The position numbers and the translations under genes are program-made. Shown here piece after piece: positions 49,254 through 56,094 of a stretch of DNA of 64,000 nucleotides. The DNA is from Pyrinomonadaceae bacterium (GTDB lineage Bacteria > Acidobacteriota > Blastocatellia > Pyrinomonadales > Pyrinomonadaceae), in assembly GCA_035537095.1 (NCBI GenBank), contig DATLMV010000044.1, positions 41-64,040 of the forward strand, given 5' to 3'. Under the pieces are notes generated by a model. It was not told where the DNA came from. It searched no databases and was given only the letters and a program-made list of their open reading frames with translations. Each line of letters begins with the position of its first letter. Position 1 is the first letter of the stretch.

Positions 49254-49321
49254 ACGAACGCACGCGCAACAACACGAGGAGGCGGCTTTACATCTCTTCG
49301 TGTTGTTGCGCGTGCGTTCGT
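49254..49321. terminator. 24-bp perfect hairpin between the convergent lipase-CHAT gene and the beta-propeller gene
   Basis: 49254-49277 acgaacgcacgcgcaacaacacga is the exact reverse complement of 49298-49321. The stem extends about 5 bp further with G-U pairs. It begins 10 nt after the stop codon. Confidence 0.6.
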
Positions 49322-49366
49322 ATTTAAGTTGCTGCTCTTTACCTTGACGGCGATCCGGCCTGCGCT

Positions 49367-50608
49367 TTACTGCACGGCGTAGAGATTGCCGTCCCAACTG
49401 CCGAAGTAGATGAGTCCGGCGGAGACGGTGGGCGGGGCGGAGACGGTGCGTGCGGTTTTGAACTCCCAGACGGGTTGGCCGTCGGCGGCGTCGAGGGCGC
49501 GGATGCCGCCGACGCTGCCGAAGTGCAGGAGGCCGCCCGCGACGAGCGGCGCGGAACTGATGCCTTCGGGCGATTGATGCCGCCAAAGCTCGCGGCCCGT
49601 CGCGGCGTCGAGCGCATAGACGGTTCCGTCGAGGCTGCCGAAGAAGACGCTTCCCGCGCCCGCGGCGGGCGAGAACGGAATGCCGGTCGCCGCTTTAGCG
49701 TGCCACTTCTCCTCGCCCGTCGCGGCGTCTATGCAGTAGAAACTTCCGTCGAGACTTCCGAAGTAGAGCCTGCCTTCGTGGTACGCCGGAGCGGAGACGA
49801 CCATGCTCTCCGTCTGAAATCTCCAACGCTTCTGCCCCGTCTGCCGGTCAAGCGCATAGATGCCCTTCGTGTTTCCGAAATAGATGCTCTCGCCCCCGGC
49901 GACGGGCGACGACGGCACGCCCGTCGCCGGATTGAAACGCCACTTCTCAAGACCCGACGCAGCCGAGAGCGCGTAGAGCACGCCGTCCGTGCCCGCGAAA
50001 TAGACGAACCCGTCGGCGACGACCTGCGTCGAGTTGATGGCGTATTCGGTCTTGAACTTCCAACGCTCTCTGCCCGTCGCGGCGTCAACCGCGTAGAACT
50101 TATTATCCTGACTGCCGAAGAAGATCATGCCCGCCCCGGTCGCGGGCTGCGAGAGCACGCGCCCGCCCGTCTTGAACGCCCAGCGCACGCTGCCCGTCGC
50201 CGCGTCAACCGCGTAGAGTTTGCTGTCGTAGCTTCCGAAATAGACCGTGCCGCCGTCGAGCGCGGGCGAAGCGTAGATGCTGCCGCCGGTCTTGAAAGTC
50301 CACTTCGGCGCGAGCGTGCGCACGGGTGTCGCGTTGGTCGCGGGTGTCGCGCTTGCCGCCCTTGTCGCGTTGCGCGCGGGCATCACGGGAGCATCGTCGT
50401 CGTTCGTCGTCGCCGTTGTTGTTTGAGCGGCGTTGTTGACGGAAGTCGTCTGCTTCGCGGCATTGAGCGTCTGCGCGTCGGCGTTGAGCGTCTGCGCGAC
50501 GTTGTTGACAGACGCGCAGGCGCAGAGCAGAAGCGACGCGGCGAGCATCCGTGCGGGGGTGTTGGTTTTGCTTTTGACTTTCAAGGCGTCCTCACTTGAG
50601 CGTTGCAT
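49367..50608 (-). CDS. PQQ-like (BamB-like) beta-propeller repeat protein, secreted
   Basis: 413 aa. Seven or eight repeats of the form (F/L)YA(V/L)DAATG...W.FKT. Signal peptide or lipobox-like LLLCAC. Thr/Asn/Ala-rich linker. Confidence 0.8.
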   Translation of the reverse strand: MQRSSEDALKVKSKTNTPARMLAASLLLCACASVNNVAQTLNADAQTLNAAKQTTSVNNAAQTTTATTNDDDAPVMPARNATRAASATPATNATPVRTLAPKWTFKTGGSIYASPALDGGTVYFGSYDSKLYAVDAATGSVRWAFKTGGRVLSQPATGAGMIFFGSQDNKFYAVDAATGRERWKFKTEYAINSTQVVADGFVYFAGTDGVLYALSAASGLEKWRFNPATGVPSSPVAGGESIYFGNTKGIYALDRQTGQKRWRFQTESMVVSAPAYHEGRLYFGSLDGSFYCIDAATGEEKWHAKAATGIPFSPAAGAGSVFFGSLDGTVYALDAATGRELWRHQSPEGISSAPLVAGGLLHFGSVGGIRALDAADGQPVWEFKTARTVSAPPTVSAGLIYFGSWDGNLYAVQ

Positions 50609-50724
50609 TGCAGGGGCTTGGGCGCGGCGCGCATCGCTCGCGTGCCAGCGCGCGTTACCGGACGAAGGCGAACGCGCGCTCGCGTCGCTGGCGACGCACT
50701 CCGCGCCGAAGCCCCCGCAATCTT

Positions 50725-52149
50725 TTACGGGCGCGCGGTCTGCGCCGTCTCGTTCTCTTTCGGCATGTAGAAGCCGCGACGCGAAGTGACCGTCAGCTTG
50801 CGCTCCTTGCCCTTCGCATCGCGCGCCTTGACGCGCACTTCGAGCGGGTGCATCTGCCCGTCGTCCTGCTCGCCTTCGGCGAGCGTGAAGCCGAGGCTGT
50901 AGCGGCCCGTCAGGTTGCCGATGATTTTGTTGAGGCCGTTGGCGTAGTCAGCCGGACGATTGACGCGCACGGCTTCGCCGCCCGTCTCTTTGGCGAGATA
51001 CTGCGCGCTCCCGTAGATGCTCAAGCCCACCCAGTTGCCGAGCGGCTTCAAGACCGGCTTAAACAATTTGAAGCCGAGTTTCATGTCGGCGACGAGCGCG
51101 CTGAAGATGACGTTGGCGCGCGTCAGTTCGGCGACCGCGACATCGCGTTCGGCGTAGAAAATGGGCGCGATGCCGTCCGACACCCAGACCAGCGCGGGCT
51201 GCGAGTGCGGGCGTTCCTTCGCCGCCAGCGTCGCCGCTTCGTGTACTGCGCCCGCCATGTCCATCTCGTCGTTGATGTCAATCTCGACCGACCCGCTCTT
51301 GGAGACGCGACGGGTTCTCACTTCGCCGTTCTTATAGACGGTGCGCGTCACGGTGTCGCCGTTTTTGCCGACGGCGGTCGTCTGCGATTCGATGCCGCTG
51401 TCGTTGACCGGAGTGGCGGGCGATTCGACCGCCTGCTGCTCTCTGTCCTTCTGCTCGTCCGCAGCGTTCACGGGCTTATCCTTCTCTTTATCCTTCTTCG
51501 AGCCGCCGCCGATGGTGATGGAGATGGTGTTGCCTTCGTGCTTGCGGTCTTGCGGTTCGTCCGTGTCGGTGTTGACGGGCGTCATGTCGTTTTCGCCGCC
51601 CTGCGAGCCGCGCGCGACGAGCGTCGGCACGACCGAGAGCGCGGCGGCAATCTCGGCGCGGTTGCGCGTGAAGCGTGCCAGCCATTCGCGCTTGCCGTCT
51701 TCGCCGCCCGCTTCGAGCACCATCACGGCCACCTCGTCCTGCGGCGGCATCTTCGCAACCTCGGCGGCCATCGCTTCGAGAATCTCTGTGCGACGCAGGA
51801 AGCGTCCCGCGCCGATGCGACGCAGGTCGAGCACGATGACGAGGGCGAGCGGCTTGCGCGTCGCATCGCCTTCGCGCGTGAAGTAGGAGACGGCGCGCGG
51901 CTTGCCGTCGGCCAACACTTCAAAGTTTTCCGCCTTCAAATCCGACGCCAGATTGCTCGTCCGCTTGTCGCGCACGAGCGCGTCGAGGAAGACCACGCGA
52001 TGCTGCACACGCACCGTCTCGTCCCCGTCCTGCGCGCCGGACGCTTGCACGACGGCTGCTGGCGTGCCGGACGTTTGCGCGCCGACCTGCCATGCGCCGC
52101 CGCCGGATAAAGCCAGAATCAATATCAAAAGAGAGAGCTTGCTTCTCAT
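50725..52149 (-). CDS. VWA domain protein (acidobacterial VWFA-related type)
   Basis: 474 aa. Signal peptide, then VRVQHRVVFLDALVRDKRTSNLASDLKAENFEVLADGKPRAVSYF, the hallmark N-terminal block of TIGR03436-type proteins as I recall it. Confidence 0.75.
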   Translation of the reverse strand: MRSKLSLLILILALSGGGAWQVGAQTSGTPAAVVQASGAQDGDETVRVQHRVVFLDALVRDKRTSNLASDLKAENFEVLADGKPRAVSYFTREGDATRKPLALVIVLDLRRIGAGRFLRRTEILEAMAAEVAKMPPQDEVAVMVLEAGGEDGKREWLARFTRNRAEIAAALSVVPTLVARGSQGGENDMTPVNTDTDEPQDRKHEGNTISITIGGGSKKDKEKDKPVNAADEQKDREQQAVESPATPVNDSGIESQTTAVGKNGDTVTRTVYKNGEVRTRRVSKSGSVEIDINDEMDMAGAVHEAATLAAKERPHSQPALVWVSDGIAPIFYAERDVAVAELTRANVIFSALVADMKLGFKLFKPVLKPLGNWVGLSIYGSAQYLAKETGGEAVRVNRPADYANGLNKIIGNLTGRYSLGFTLAEGEQDDGQMHPLEVRVKARDAKGKERKLTVTSRRGFYMPKENETAQTARP

Positions 52150-52260
52150 CTCGAATCTCCTTCACTTGCCAATCAACGCTTGATGAATCTTTAAGAAAAA
52201 ACTGCGCGCGGGAAGAGTTCTATTGACGAACGACAACGGCATCACCTGTTCATCACCCGT

Positions 52261-52288
52261 CCATCGTCCATCGTCTATCGTCCATCGT
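52261..52288. repeat. Tandem heptamer CCATCGT/CTATCGT x4
   Basis: ccatcgt ccatcgt ctatcgt ccatcgt at 52261-52288. It is preceded by atcacctgttcatc (52241-52254), the reverse complement of gatgaacaggtgat, which is a leader-like motif. Confidence 0.8.
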
Positions 52289-52297
52289 CTGCTTTGC

Positions 52298-52843
52298 TTA
52301 CTGTTCCGTGTCGCCCGCCGCGTCGTCGGTCAGCGTCTTGCCCATGGCGTCGGGGTCGCGCATGAGGAGCATCAGTTTTTGCGGGGCGATGTCGAGTTGG
52401 ACTGCCGTTGCGTCGCGGCGTCCGATGCTGACGACGACGATCTTGAAGAACTTGCCCGCCTCTTTCGTGTAGATGTATGTCTGCTCGGCGTTGCGGTCTG
52501 TCCGCACCTGCACGAGCGGCTGCCATTCGGGTTCGAGACGCGTCCGCATCGCGGCATGGAAATCGAGTCCTCCGGCGGGCGCGGTGAAGTCCTGATCTTC
52601 AAAGAACGCCACCTTGACGCTGCCGTATTCGGCGTAGCGCGTGAGCCGCCGGGCGACCATCTGCGAGGCTTTCAAGCCCATGTTCGCCAGCGCCGGGATG
52701 CCCTTGTGTTTGACGCCGTAGTGGCGTTCGATGAGTTTGACGACATCGCCGAACTCGATTGACTTGTAGGCGGCGTGCGCGTTCGCCAGATGGGAGAGCA
52801 GCAGGAGCGCGACGACGAATCGGGTTAAGAGTTCTTTTCGCAT
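52298..52843 (-). CDS. Secreted hypothetical protein (possibly DUF4252-like)
   Basis: 181 aa. Signal peptide MRKELLTRFVVALLLLSHLANAHA. Similar size and position to the neighbouring DUF4252-like gene in an ECF cluster. Confidence 0.5.
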   Translation of the reverse strand: MRKELLTRFVVALLLLSHLANAHAAYKSIEFGDVVKLIERHYGVKHKGIPALANMGLKASQMVARRLTRYAEYGSVKVAFFEDQDFTAPAGGLDFHAAMRTRLEPEWQPLVQVRTDRNAEQTYIYTKEAGKFFKIVVVSIGRRDATAVQLDIAPQKLMLLMRDPDAMGKTLTDDAAGDTEQ

Positions 52844-52853
52844 CCGTCACCTC

Positions 52854-53462
52854 TCAATGCTTTTTGGGCTGCGCCTTCGTCTCGGTCTCCAACTCAAGGT
52901 CGGGGATGCCGAACTGTCCTTCGAGCCTGCTCAGGCGTTCGAGGTCAACCGAGCCGACGATGTTGACGACCGTCAGTTCCTTCGGCTCAAGGCTCAAGAC
53001 CACGAGACCCTCCACGCGCCCGCCGTTCGTCAGCAGATAAACTTCGACGTTCTTACCCTCGCGGCGGCTCTTGACCTCGACGATGCGCGTCCAACCCGGC
53101 GCGCTCAACTGCGAGCGCACCTGCGCGACATCCGTCTCGGCGTATTCATTTTCGGCGTCGAACTGGAAGTGACGCACGTAGACGCCCTTCAAATCCGCGA
53201 CCAGCTTCTTGACGTTCGCCTCCTCGGGGTCGGCCTTCGAGAGAATCGGCGGCACGATGCGGAGCAGGCGTTCGTCCATGTTGACGTTGACGGTCTCCGC
53301 CGCGCGGTTGCCCAGACGGTCGAGCGAGTCGAACTGTAGCTTGCCGCTCGTCAAAGTCGTCTGAGCTTGCGCCGCCGCTGCTGCCGCCGTGCAGAGCAGG
53401 AGCGCGACCGAAGCGCATCTGAAGAATGTTGTGACCAATGATTTCATACTGACTCCAATCAT
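52854..53462 (-). CDS. DUF4252-like secreted protein
   Basis: 202 aa. ATG at 53462 overlaps the upstream TGA (ATGA). Signal peptide. The ...LKGVYVRHFQFD...VEVYL...EGLVVLSLEPKELTVVNIVG pattern and the ECF sigma context fit DUF4252. Confidence 0.6.
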   Translation of the reverse strand: MIGVSMKSLVTTFFRCASVALLLCTAAAAAAQAQTTLTSGKLQFDSLDRLGNRAAETVNVNMDERLLRIVPPILSKADPEEANVKKLVADLKGVYVRHFQFDAENEYAETDVAQVRSQLSAPGWTRIVEVKSRREGKNVEVYLLTNGGRVEGLVVLSLEPKELTVVNIVGSVDLERLSRLEGQFGIPDLELETETKAQPKKH

Positions 53463-54223
53463 CTATCCAATTTATTTTGCTCGTCGGGAGCGGGTTTGCT
53501 GCCGCCCGGCGTCGTCGCCGTCTGCGTCTTGCGCTGGACGAGACTCAGTTTCGCGCTCGTCAAACGAAGGGCCAGCATCAACTGCTCTTTCGCCGCCTGC
53601 TGTTCCGCTGCGGTGACGTTCGCGGCCTGAAAGTCACGTTGCGCTTCGCCCGGTATAAACTTTCGTGTCGGCGTCCGCTGGCGCGCGACCGCCTGCGCTT
53701 CTCTTGCACGCCGCATCTCTCTATTCACTTCGAGACGCTCGCGCCGCTTCGACGACTGCGACGCCGCCGCGCGCTCGTTCACGAAGGGCCGAAACTTTTT
53801 CACCGTCGTGACGGCTGCGACTGTCTCATCATGTCGGGTTGTGACGGTCGCCTCTCCAGTCTCGCGCTCAGGTGTCGCCGCTTCGCTCGCCGCTTGATTC
53901 GTCGCCGCTTCGTTCGTCGTCTGTTGAGCCTGTTCCGGCTTTGCCGTCGTCGCCGTCGTGCTGCGCGCGGTCAGGGGAGCATTCGCGTTTTTGTTCCGCG
54001 TGCGGAGGACGCCGAGCCAGAGGCCCGCGAGCGCGACGAAGGCGAGGGCCGCCGCCGCCGCGAGCGCAGGCCAGAAAGGGCGACGACGGCGCGGCGCGTG
54101 CGAGAGGATTTCGGGCGGCAAGGCCAGAGGCTTTTTTTGATGGCGGAGGTTGCCGAGTAAATCTTCGAGCCGCTCGATGTCTTTGTCGGCCTCGCCCGAT
54201 TTGTCCCACAGGTAGTCGCTCAT
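53459..54223 (-). CDS. Putative anti-sigma factor (single-pass membrane protein)
   Basis: 254 aa. N-terminus MSDYLWDKSGEADKDIERLEDLL, TM helix FWPALAAAAALAFVALAGLWLGVL. ATG at 54223 overlaps the sigma gene's TGA (ATGA). Confidence 0.55.
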   Translation of the reverse strand: MSDYLWDKSGEADKDIERLEDLLGNLRHQKKPLALPPEILSHAPRRRRPFWPALAAAAALAFVALAGLWLGVLRTRNKNANAPLTARSTTATTAKPEQAQQTTNEAATNQAASEAATPERETGEATVTTRHDETVAAVTTVKKFRPFVNERAAASQSSKRRERLEVNREMRRAREAQAVARQRTPTRKFIPGEAQRDFQAANVTAAEQQAAKEQLMLALRLTSAKLSLVQRKTQTATTPGGSKPAPDEQNKLDR

Positions 54224-54831
54224 ACTTGACCCCCAATCCCAAGCTTCTCACGCAAAATCTTCATCCCTCGATGCAGGTTGACCCGCACGGAGTCGGGCTG
54301 CAAACCCGTCCGCGCCGCAATCTCCGGCCCCGTCATGCCTTCCACCAGACGCAGCACCAGCGTCTCCCTGTATGCGTCCGGCAGCGTGCGGATGACATCT
54401 AAAACTTCCGCCGCCTCCGCGACGGGCGCACTCGGTCGCGCCATTTCTTCGGAGAGTTCTTCGGTCTCGCGCGTGCGCCGGTGAAAGTCCATCGCACGGT
54501 TGCGCGCGATCATCGCCAGCCAAGGGCCGAACGCTCCGGCGTCGCGCAGGGTGGAGAGCTTCTTGAAGGCGACGAGGAAAACGTCCTGCACTAAATCTCC
54601 GACTTCGCCGTAAGGGACACGGGCCAGAAGGATGCCATGCACCATCGCGGAGTAGCGGTCGTAGAGTTGACCGAAGGCATCGCGGTCGCCGCCCCTGACG
54701 GCCTCCACCCACGTCGCCTCGACCGTGACTGTTGCAGCCGCAGGTTCTGTTACTGCGGATTGGTTCTGTCCGACCATAAGCAGTAAGGCGTTGGTTGTTT
54801 CAACCTCTAGCATTGACGAACCTCGGGGCAT
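54220..54831 (-). CDS. ECF sigma factor (RpoE-like)
   Basis: 203 aa. Region 2 (DLVQDVFLVAFKKL...FGPWLAMIARNRAMDFHR) and region 4 (LPDAYRETLVLRLVEGMTGPEIAARTGLQPDSVRVNLHRGMKIL). The start could instead be the ATG at 54813. Confidence 0.85.
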   Translation of the reverse strand: MPRGSSMLEVETTNALLLMVGQNQSAVTEPAAATVTVEATWVEAVRGGDRDAFGQLYDRYSAMVHGILLARVPYGEVGDLVQDVFLVAFKKLSTLRDAGAFGPWLAMIARNRAMDFHRRTRETEELSEEMARPSAPVAEAAEVLDVIRTLPDAYRETLVLRLVEGMTGPEIAARTGLQPDSVRVNLHRGMKILREKLGIGGQV

Positions 54832-55168
54832 TGTTGATCACAGCGACGCGAAGGGCGCGGGCGGAGCATCGAGCGGACGAGAGAATTTCAAACGTCCCGT
54901 CCTCTTTCAAATGCGCTCTCTTCTGCGCCCTTTCACATACAAAGACGCCCTTCGGGAGAGACCTGTTAACACGAGAAATTTCCGGCGCGAAATGTTTTTT
55001 CGTGAGCGAGCGCGGGCGAAGGGCGGAGAGTTTGCGGAGCCGCTGGCCGTCGAATGCGCCGGATAACTGTCGGGACGGGGAAGAAGCCCCGGCCCGCTGT
55101 GCGCGGCGGCTTGCACGATGCTGAACAGGGCGGGCGATAGACGGGTCGCCCGTCCTGACGAGTTTGCT

Positions 55169-55327
55169 TCAGAAAATCGTGTAGATGAAGGGAGCGAGCG
55201 CGGAACTCTGCGCGAAGACGAGCAGCGCGCCGAGCAGCAGGAGCACGATGATGATAGGCAACAGCCAGAGTTTTTTGTTCTGCCGCAAAAACATCCAGAC
55301 CTCTCCGGCCAGCGCGAATTTACCCAT
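55169..55327 (-). CDS. DUF5989-like small membrane protein
   Basis: Not in the ORF track (52 aa). Own translation: MGKFALAGEVWMFLRQNKKLWLLPIIIVLLLLGALLVFAQSSALAPFIYTIF. This small protein typically accompanies SxtJ-like and carbamoyltransferase genes. GAGGAG RBS upstream. Confidence 0.6.
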   Translation of the reverse strand: MGKFALAGEVWMFLRQNKKLWLLPIIIVLLLLGALLVFAQSSALAPFIYTIF

Positions 55328-55450
55328 AAAGAAATCTCCTCAAAAATTTGTTACCTGTTAATTTTAGTCTCTTAAAGTTGATTCCCAAGCGTCGCTCAAA
55401 ATCAACTGTCATGCGTCTCTCAAAAGCTGTTGGGAAATACGGGTCATGCT

Positions 55451-55634
55451 GTCCCGTAGGGACAACCGAGAATAGCCCAGCGATTCATCGCTGGGGACAG
55501 GAGTCGTGCATCTTTTCCAGTCCCGCAGGGACGGCTGAATGCCGCAATCAGTCGTCCCTACGGGACTCCAACAATATTCTCTGAATATACCCAGCGATGA
55601 ATCGCTGGGCTATTATCAAAAGTCCCTAACGGGG
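55451..55634. repeat. Nested-palindrome element (MITE/REP-like)
   Basis: A 25-nt perfect inverted repeat aatagcccagcgattcatcgctggg (55471-55495 versus 55590-55614). Each copy is itself a hairpin (cccagcga-nnnn-tcgctggg). Four further small hairpins GTCCC-n3/4-GGGAC at 55451-63, 55520-32, 55554-66 and 55622-34. Confidence 0.85.
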
Positions 55635-55650
55635 CTTTAAAAACAGCTTC

Positions 55651-56094
55651 TCAGAACAGACGCTCGAAACGTTCCTTCGCCTGTCGCGTGTGCGGGCGCG
55701 GAGTCCAGTAACTCTCGCGCGCGGCGGCGCGGCGGTTCAGGGGGTCGCGCCCGAAGAGACGCGAGAGCAGCCCGTAGGGCGCGAAGACGCCGTAGAACAT
55801 CAGCGACAGGAGGATGCGGCTGTTGACGTAGCCGAGCGCGAGCGCAAGCTGCATCCAGAGCGTGTGGAAGCGGCGCGCAAGCGAAGGCACGAGCAATCCG
55901 GCGACGACGAGCAGCGCACCCGCGCCGCCGAGGATGAGGACGACCGTCGTCCGCCCTCGATAAAAGTTCCAAGCGGCGAGCGCGACGAGCACCGACGCCA
56001 CGACGAGCGCCGTCTTGCGCGCCTGCGCGTCCGAGACTTGCGGCGCGTGCGAAACTTGCGGTGCGTGGGAAGCTTGCGGCGCGTGCTCAGTCAA
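55651..56094 (-). CDS. SxtJ-family membrane protein
   Basis: Track ORF 55651..56160. I prefer the TTG at 56094 (GGAG RBS; overlaps the carbamoyltransferase stop), giving 147 aa. Two TM helices and a C-terminal RDPLNRR...YWTPR...ERLF block as in SxtJ-like proteins. N-terminal HAPQ(A/V)S x3 repeat. Confidence 0.6.
   Translation of the reverse strand: MTEHAPQASHAPQVSHAPQVSDAQARKTALVVASVLVALAAWNFYRGRTTVVLILGGAGALLVVAGLLVPSLARRFHTLWMQLALALGYVNSRILLSLMFYGVFAPYGLLSRLFGRDPLNRRAAARESYWTPRPHTRQAKERFERLF
56033..56086 (-). repeat. 18-nt tandem repeat x3 at the 5' end of the SxtJ-like gene
   Basis: gagacttgcggcgcgtgc / gaaacttgcggtgcgtgg / gaagcttgcggcgcgtgc. Encodes HAPQAS HAPQVS HAPQVS. Confidence 0.85.

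Noticed and set aside
55348-55584. 78-aa ORF (…SPAIHRWGQESCIFSSPAGTAECRNQSSLRDSNNIL)
   Set aside because: It is read straight through the nested-palindrome element, so the peptide is an artefact of hairpin repeats. The real small gene in this region is the minus-strand 52-aa DUF5989-like ORF at 55169-55327.
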